Origin: Macrostomum lignano
Taxonomy: Eukaryota
Direction: 5' to 3'
Assembly (NCBI GenBank): GCA_002269645.1
Contig: NIVC01001004.1
Span: 62,001-126,000 of the forward strand
Length of the DNA stretch: 64,000 nt
The notes beneath the pieces are model-generated. The model made no database searches and was not told the origin of the DNA. It saw nothing but the letters and a program-made list of their open reading frames with translations. The position numbers and the translations under genes are program-made. Shown piece by piece: positions 57,497 to 64,000 of the stretch (position 1 is its first letter; the number at the start of each line of letters is the position of its first letter).

Positions 57497-57664
57497 ACAA
57501 TCCAAGCCAACTTAGGCCTATTCACTACACACCGTTTGAAAATTGGCTGGCACATGACTTTCGGTTTCATGTGCGTCCTTGTGGTAGCCACCCTGTGCGT
57601 GCCTTTGATGCACCTGCTGAATCAGCGAATCGGAAAGAAGAAAGTCTTCATTATTGGAGTGATG
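57497..57664 (+). CDS. MFSD2: MFSD2-family exon 4 (TIQANLGLFTTHRL...RIGKKKVFIIGVM)
   Basis: CTTTGCAG acceptor, GTGAGT donor, 168 nt, phase 0-0; matches the GNFVLF...RFGKK region. Confidence 0.88.
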
Positions 57665-57699
57665 GTGAGTTCCTGCTGAATGGGAATTTCTGGGGCAGC

Positions 57700-60026
57700 A
57701 AGTGGGGTGGCTGACTGGGTGAGGGGGGTTATTAAGAGAGGCAGGGAGTGGGGTGGCTGACTGAGTGAGGGGAGGTTATTAAGAGAGGCAGGGAGTGGGA
57801 TGGCCGACTGAGTGAGGGGAGGTTATTAAGAGAGGCAGGGAGTGGGGTGGCTGACTGGGTGAGGGGAGGTTATTAGGAGGCAGAGAGTGGGGTGGCTGAC
57901 TGAGTGAGGGGAGTTTATTAAGAGAGGCAGGGAGTGGGGTGGCCGACTGAGTGAGGGGAGGTTATTAAGAGAGGCAGGGAGTGGGATGGCCGACTGAGTG
58001 AGGGGAGGTTATTAAGAGAGGCAGGGAGTGGGGTGGCTGACTGGGTGAGGGGAGGTTATTAGGAGGCAGAGAGTGGGGTGGCTGACTGAGTGAGGGGAGT
58101 TTATTAAGAGAGGCAGGGAGTGGGGTGGCTGACTGGGTGAGGGGAGGTTATTAGGAGGCAGAGAGTGGGGTGGCTGACTGAGTGAGGGGAGTTTATTAAG
58201 AGAGGCAGGGAGTGGGGTGGCTGACTGGGTGAGGGGAGGTTATTAAGAGGCAGAGAGTGGGGTGGCTGACTGGGTGAGGGGAGGTTATTAAGAGGCAGAG
58301 AGTGGGGTGGCTGACTGAGTGAGGGGAGTTTATTAAGAGAGGCAGGGAGTGGGATGGCCGACTGAGTGAGGGGAGGTTATTAATAGAGGCAGGGAGTGGG
58401 GTGGCTGACTGAGTGACGGGAGGTTATTAATAGAGGCAGGGAGTGGGGTGGCTGACTGAGTGAGGGGAGGTTATTAAGAGAGGCAGGGAGGGGGATGGCC
58501 GACTGAGTGAGGGGAGGTTATTAGGAGGCAGGGAGTGGGGTGGCTGATTGGGTGAGGGGAGGTTATTAATAGAGGAAGGGAGTGGGGTGGCTGACTGGGT
58601 GAGGGGAGGTTATTAATAGAGGCAGGGAGTGGGGTGGCTGACTGGGTGAGGGGAGATTATTAATAGAGGCAGGGAGTGGGGTGGCTGACTGGGTGAGGGG
58701 AGTTTATTAAGAGAGGCAGGGAGTGGGGTGGCTGACTGGGTGAGGGGAGGTTATTAAGAGGCAGAGAGTGGGGTGGCTGACTGGGTGAGGGGAGGTTATT
58801 AGGAGGCAGAGAGTGGGGTGGCTGACTGAGTGAGGGGAGTTTATTAAGAGAGGCAGGGAGTGGGGTGGCTGACTGGGTGAGGGGAGGTTATTAAGAGGCA
58901 GAGAGTGGGGTGGCTGACTGAGTGAGGGTAGTTTATTAAGAGAGGCAGGGAGTGGGATGGCCGACTGAGTGAGGGGAGGTTATTAAGAGGCAGAGAGTGG
59001 GGGGTGGCTGACTGGGTGAGGGGAGGTTATTAGGAGGCAGAGAGTGGGGTGGCTGACTGAGTGAGGGGAGTTTATTAAGAGAGGCAGGGAGTGGGGTGGC
59101 TGACTGGGTGAGGGGAGGTTATTAGGAGGCAGAGAGTGGGGTGGCTGACTGAGTGAGGGGAGTTTATTAAGAGAGGCAGGGAGTGGGGTGGCTGACTGGG
59201 TGAGGGGAGGTTATTAAGAGGCAGAGAGTGGGGTGGCTGACTGAGTGAGGGGAGTTTATTAAGAGAGGCAGGGAGTGGGATGGCCGACTGAGTGAGGGGA
59301 GGTTATTAAGAGGCAGAGAGTGGGGTGGCTGACTGAGTGAGAGGCAGAGATTGGGGTGGCTGACTGGGTGAGGGGAGGTTATTAAGAGGCAGAGAGTGGG
59401 GTGGCCGACTGGGTGAGGGGAGGTTATTAAGAGAGGCAGAGAGTGGGGTGGCTGATTGGGTGAGGGGAGGTTATTAAGAGGCAGGGAGTGGGGTGGCTGA
59501 CTGGGTGAGGGGAGGTTATTAATAGAGGAAGGGAGTGGGGTGGCTGACTGGGTGAGGGGAGGTTATTAATAGAGGCAGGGAGTGGGGTGGCTGACTGAGT
59601 GACGGGAGGTTATTAATAGAGGCAGGGAGTGGGGTGGCTGACTGAGTGAGGGGAGGTTATTAAGAGAGGCAGGGAGGGGGATGGCCGACTGAGTGAGGGG
59701 AGGTTATTAGGAGGCAGGGAGTGGGGTGGCTGATTGGGTGAGGGGAGGTTATTAATAGAGGAAGGGAGTGGGGTGGCTGACTGGGTGAGGGGAGGTTATT
59801 AATAGAGGCAGGGAGTGGGGTGGCTGACTGGGTGGGGAGATTATTAATAGAGGCAGGGAGTGGGGTGGCTGACTGGGTGAGGGGAGATTATTAATAGAGG
59901 CAGGGAGTGGGGTGGCTGACTGGGTGAGGGGAGGTTATTAGGAGGCAGAGAGTGGGGTGGCTGATTGGGTGAGGGGGGGGGGGTTATTAATAGAGGCAGG
60001 GAGTGGGGTGGCTGACTGGGTGAGGG
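57700..60026. repeat. 45-47-bp G-rich minisatellite (~50 copies) filling MFSD2 intron 4
   Basis: Unit GGGAGTGGGGTGGCTGACTGGGTGAGGGGAGGTTATTAAGAGAGGCA; period 47 (57781 to 57828). Confidence 0.96.
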
Positions 60027-60148
60027 TTTATTGATAGCGCAGGGGGTCAGTAGTGAGTGCGTTGAGACAAGTATGAACTACAATGTAAATAAACAATTGA
60101 AATGGCCAAATGCGGGCTTTACACTAACATCTACGCAACTCCTACCAG

Positions 60149-60565
60149 ATCGTGTTCCCCTGTCTACTGCTCACCCAACTGATGGAGCCAAAGACCCTGT
60201 TCTTGTACTATTTAGTCACCAGCCTGTCCGGCGTTACAATCTCGGTAGCCATGCTGCAGCCGTGGTCGATGCTGCCAGACGTTATTGAAGTGTTCTACAA
60301 ACGTCACGGTGACAGAATGGAGGCTACCTTCTATTCTCTGTACGCCTTCTTCACCAAATTTGCCGCGGGCATCAGCCTGGCAGTCTCCCAGCTGGCCCTG
60401 TGGCTCAGTAACTACGATAGCAACGCGTGCGAGCAGCCCGAGTCGGTGTCGAACACGCTGCGACTGCTGATGGGCCCCGGCCCGATCGCGTGCCTGCTGG
60501 TGTCAATGCTCATTATCATTTGCTTTTATCGGGTTCGACCAGTGGACAATGCGAGAGAAGAGTGA
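60149..60565 (+). CDS. MFSD2: MFSD2-family exon 5 (IVFPC...QPWSMLPDVIE...FFTKFAAGISL...QPESV...NAREE*)
   Basis: CCTACCAG acceptor, phase 0; PWSMLPDVI and FFTKFA are hallmark MFSD2 motifs. The TGA stop overlaps a GTGAGT donor (see findings). Confidence 0.9.
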   Translation: MVFPCLLLTQLMEPKTLFLYYLVTSLSGVTISVAMLQPWSMLPDVIEVFYKRHGDRMEATFYSLYAFFTKFAAGISLAVSQLALWLSNYDSNACEQPESVSNTLRLLMGPGPIACLLVSMLIIICFYRVRPVDNAREE

Positions 60566-61145
60566 GTGAGGGAGGGAAGGAGGCAGTGGCGGCGCAGGGG
60601 GGGCAGCTGGGGTGACCACAGGTCACTGCCTCAAGGGGGTGGCCACCCCACCATCCCCACGGCCCTCAAAAAGACCCTAGGAAGGGAGGGAAGATGGTCA
60701 CCCCCTGCTATGCAACTTGCATCAATGGTTAAAATGCATTTTTATAAGAATTTTCGTGCTGTACATTCGTTTTGTAAGAAGTGTGTCATAATTTGTTCGT
60801 AATTTTTTACTTTCTTAGAAAATTTGTGTTCTAATTCAAATGATTTTATTTGTTTAATTACGATTGGTAGGGGAAAGGGGGTGACCACCTAACTACTGCC
60901 CCCCCCCCCCGGGAAGAAGAGAGAAGAAAAAGAAGAAAAGGAGGAGAGGGGAAAAGAGGAGAGGAGGGAAGGAGGGAGGAGAGAAGGAGAGAGGAGAGGA
61001 GAGCAGGGAAGGTCCTGCAGAGGCCAAGGACCACTTAAAGATACCTAATTCGTCCCTGACAAAAGCATCAGCAGAATTTTGAAGGACACAGCTCAGTTTC
61101 CATTAATCAGCCTCACCTCACTGCTACGCTCAAAATGTTTTCCAG

Positions 61146-61266
61146 ACCGAACACTCAGTCAGCCAACGAAACCAACATCCACGTGTCTCGAAGGGTCAGT
61201 GAACTTCAACGGCACCCACCATGCCGGGCGTTACTGCCCTCGGCAGACACCGAGCTCGGGTCCTAA
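61146..61266 (+). CDS. Candidate alternative terminal exon 6 of the MFSD2-family gene
   Basis: GTTTTCCAG acceptor ending at 61145. Joined to a donor at 60562 (phase 2) it reads E-PNTQSANETNIHVSRRVSELQRHPPCRALLPSADTELGS*. Confidence 0.4.
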
Positions 61267-61320
61267 TGGCTGCTTGAATGCTCCCCTGAAGAGGGACAAA
61301 AGCTACTCTTAACGACTAAA

Positions 61321-61699
61321 ACTTAGCAGAATTGTCACACAGATGAATCCCATAATATGCTTTTTATAAAAATCATTCCTTTACTTAGCAGAATTGTCAC
61401 ACAGATGAATCCCATAATATGCTTTTTATAAAAAATCATTCCTTTACTTAGCAGAATTGTCACACAGATGAATCCCATAATATGCTTTTTATAAAAATCA
61501 TTCCTTTACTTAGCAGAATTGTCACACAGATGAATCCCATAATATGCTTTTTATAAAAATCATTCCTTTACTTAGCAGAATTGTCACACAGATGAATCCC
61601 ATAATATGCTTTTTATAAAAAATCATTCCTTTACTTAGCAGAATTGTCACACAGATGAATCCCATAATATGCTTTTTATAAAAAATCATTCCTTTACTT
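61321..61699. repeat. 62/63-bp AT-rich tandem repeat, 6 copies
   Basis: Units start at 61321, 61383, 61446, 61508, 61570 and 61633. Confidence 0.95.
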
Positions 61700-61960
61700 C
61701 ACGACTTTATGCCATCTAAACTATTCTTTCGCTGCAAAAATGGTTATCAATGATGTGGTAAAAATTTAATGATATCAATAAATGACTTAAAAGAAATTAT
61801 TTCAATTCAATTTATTAAAAGTTTAAGGTTTTTATTAACGAATCGTGCTATTAATATTTATTGATAGTTTAAAAAATCAAATTTCGCATTACCGTTTTAT
61901 ACTACTTAATGAGTCATCTCTAAAAATTCAATACCAAAAACAAGTAAAACTCTATTCGTA

Positions 61961-62422
61961 CTACTCGGCTAGCTGGGCAGCCAGTAGTCTGGTCAGCTCG
62001 TCGCGCTGATTTCGCAAAGATTCCCGACCGGCGCAGTGGAACAGCGGGCGGGCCCCTGTTGCGCAGTCCGCATCGAGCAAGGACTCCAAGGTGGCCCGAT
62101 CGGCGAAGTGGCTGGCCAAGCTGCAGACGGCCTCGCAGTCTGATTGGCTACCGTCTGCCGCCTGAATCAGCGCCAGCCAATCGGCGCTCTGCAATCCTAG
62201 GCAGCCAATCAGGCGTCGACGCGTGTCCGCGGATGCGCCGTCCAATCGGATTAGCGGAAGGAGGCGGCGGGCTCGAAGCTCCGGATTGGTCAGCTCTCGA
62301 CAGCCAATCAGAAGCGGCGCCTGAGAAATGCACAGAGCCAGGCTGGGGTGCGCGGAGCCGAGGCTGCGGCACAGGGCGTCAAAGCCAGATGGCGGAGGCT
62401 GACCTGGCTGCAGCCACAGCAG
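61961..62422 (-). CDS. Terminal exon of an unidentified gene (LLWLQPGQ...LLAAQLAE*)
   Basis: The frame of ORF 61961..62245 stays open to 62464. Acceptor TTCTCAACTCAATTCTGCAG ends at 62423 in phase 0, with an alternative acceptor ending at 62321. Minus-strand AATAAA at 61811-61816. Confidence 0.65.
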   Translation of the reverse strand: MLWLQPGQPPPSGFDALCRSLGSAHPSLALCISQAPLLIGCRELTNPELRARRLLPLIRLDGASADTRRRLIGCLGLQSADWLALIQAADGSQSDCEAVCSLASHFADRATLESLLDADCATGARPLFHCAGRESLRNQRDELTRLLAAQLAE

Positions 62423-62521
62423 CTGCAGAATTGAGTTGAGAAGGGCTTTAAGAAACTCGAATTCTTAGAAAAACTGATGCTGATACTAGTGCTAAAGGCC
62501 CTGGTGCTAAAGCCTCTGCCC

Positions 62522-62932
62522 TCTGGTGCTGGCGCCCCGGGTGCTGGCGCCCCGGGTGCTGGCGCCCCGGGTGCTGGCGCCCGGGTGCTGGCGCCCCGGG
62601 TGCTGGCGCCCCAGGTGCTGGCGCCCCTGGTGCTGGCGCCCCGGGTGCTGGCGCCCCGGGTGCTGGCGCCTCTGTTGCTGGCGCCCCTGGTGCTGGCGCC
62701 CCTGGTGCTGGCGCCCCTGGTGCTGGCGCCTCTGGTGCTGGCGCCCCTGGTGCTGGCGCCCCTGGTGCTGGCGCCCCTGGTGCTGGCGCCCCTGGTGCTG
62801 GCGCCCCTGGTGCTGGCGCCTCTGGTGCTGGCGCCCCTGGTGCTGGCGCCCCTGGTGCTGGCGCCCCTGGTGCTGGCGCCCCTGGTGCTGGCGCCCCTGG
62901 TGCTGGCGCCCCTGGTGCTGGCGCCCCTGGTG
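62522..62932. repeat. 15-bp GGCGCC-core minisatellite type C (CTGGTGCTGGCGCCC) in an intron of the minus-strand gene
   Basis: About 27 copies; explains the APGAP / VLAPL ORFs. Confidence 0.95.
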
Positions 62933-63014
62933 TCACGCCTCAGTTCAAGTGGCGCCCCTCATAAAAGAACGGCGTCCCCAATGAAAGCTCCTGGCTACAG
63001 CAGCATCTGCTCAC

Positions 63015-63134
63015 CAGAAGAACTCGCTGAGCTACAAAAGCCAGACAGCAGCACTGCCGACTCTCCATGCCTGGTAGATTGTACAGCAGAGACAGCAGCC
63101 GCTTGAGCAGGCCCTCCGGGGTGGACAAGCTCAC
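63015..63134 (-). CDS. Penultimate exon of the unidentified minus-strand gene (VSLSTPEGLLKRLL...VAQRVLL)
   Basis: On the minus strand: CTAAC branch-like motif plus TGCCAG acceptor, GTGAGC donor, 120 nt, phase 0-0, in frame with the terminal exon. Confidence 0.65.
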
Positions 63135-64000
63135 CTGGCAGTTAGGCGGACAATTAATAACTTTTTAACAACCATGTAAAGATATTTAGTTACTACTTTC
63201 ATTTTGAAGTTTTTTCTTAAGGTTTTCAGAAATTTGTCACACTTTTAATCGACGAAAAAGGTACCCAGGCCAAGAAACATCCCAAGGTCAATCGCGTCGC
63301 CCCAGGGTCGTTGCACGACGCATGTAACACAGGTAAAATAGGAAAGAAGTGACTCTGGACGACTATAAAATGAGTCGTTCAAAAGACGTCAGAGTCGCCT
63401 AAGAGTCAATTCTTATTAGAGTCAGATCTGAGGCGTGCTGGAGTCGCTGCAGAATCAGTGAGTTGCGTCTAAAGCGCACCTGCGGCACTTTATGAATCAG
63501 AATCGCATTTTCGCATTTTAAACTCTATTTAGTCTACTCGAGTCAGTAGAAAGTTAAGCGTTAAATGTTAACACAACGACTTTTACGACTGTTTTACGAT
63601 TCTGCAACTTCAGATTCACTATAGTAAGTTGTTTGCAGTGGCTCTTTAGCGATTCTTGTCACAGGTAACGTTTTCAACGGGTAACAGCTTTCATGTCATT
63701 TTAAATTGGTACATTTTTGCTTTCTGATAAATTCAATCTTGCCTAAAAAGCGTTAGTTAAAAATTTTCTGATCTAGTATGGGTATGACCCGAAAATTTGA
63801 GTCGGCAAATGAGATTAAAAGAGTCGAACTTTTCGGACAACCTCTAGTGTAACTCAAAACTGCACTTCAACCAAACACTCGGCCTATTCACATTTCCGGG
63901 AAGAAATGCTTCTCTGTAAAAACAAACTTCGTTTTTTAAGTTCCAATACAGAGTAAAACAACTTAGTCTAAAACAGGGGTCGGGCAGATTTTTTACCTCA

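Noticed and set aside
62448-63106. Elastin/collagen-like APGAPA and VLAPL ORFs
   Set aside because: 15-bp minisatellite lying inside a well-defined intron (62423-63014) of the minus-strand gene.

Overview
Eukaryotic (metazoan invertebrate) genomic DNA. About two-thirds (~43 kb) is tandem repeat, which accounts for nearly all the long ORFs in the track. Spliced genes recoverable by hand: eIF3K (+, 3 exons, 38857-44900, 235 aa); an MFSD2-family MFS transporter (+, 5-6 exons, ~49202-60565/61266) with a different micro/minisatellite in each of its first four introns; the last two exons of an unidentified minus-strand gene (63134-61961); and a probable terminal exon at 78-416. eIF3K intron 1 holds a complete 1319-bp mariner (perfect 26-bp TIRs, TA TSD, frameshifted DD34D transposase) and a foldback-like inverted-repeat element. 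The most striking structure is an 18-bp higher-order minisatellite split, exactly in register, by a 15,062-bp segment (16646-31707). That segment has degenerate inverted ATGAC-motif ends and carries an apparently perfect 101-copy 118-bp satellite containing the same motif. The minisatellite-packed introns suggest a flatworm such as Macrostomum (inference only). If so, the MFSD2 gene, which has no in-frame ATG before its first conserved helix, is a candidate for a spliced-leader-donated start codon.
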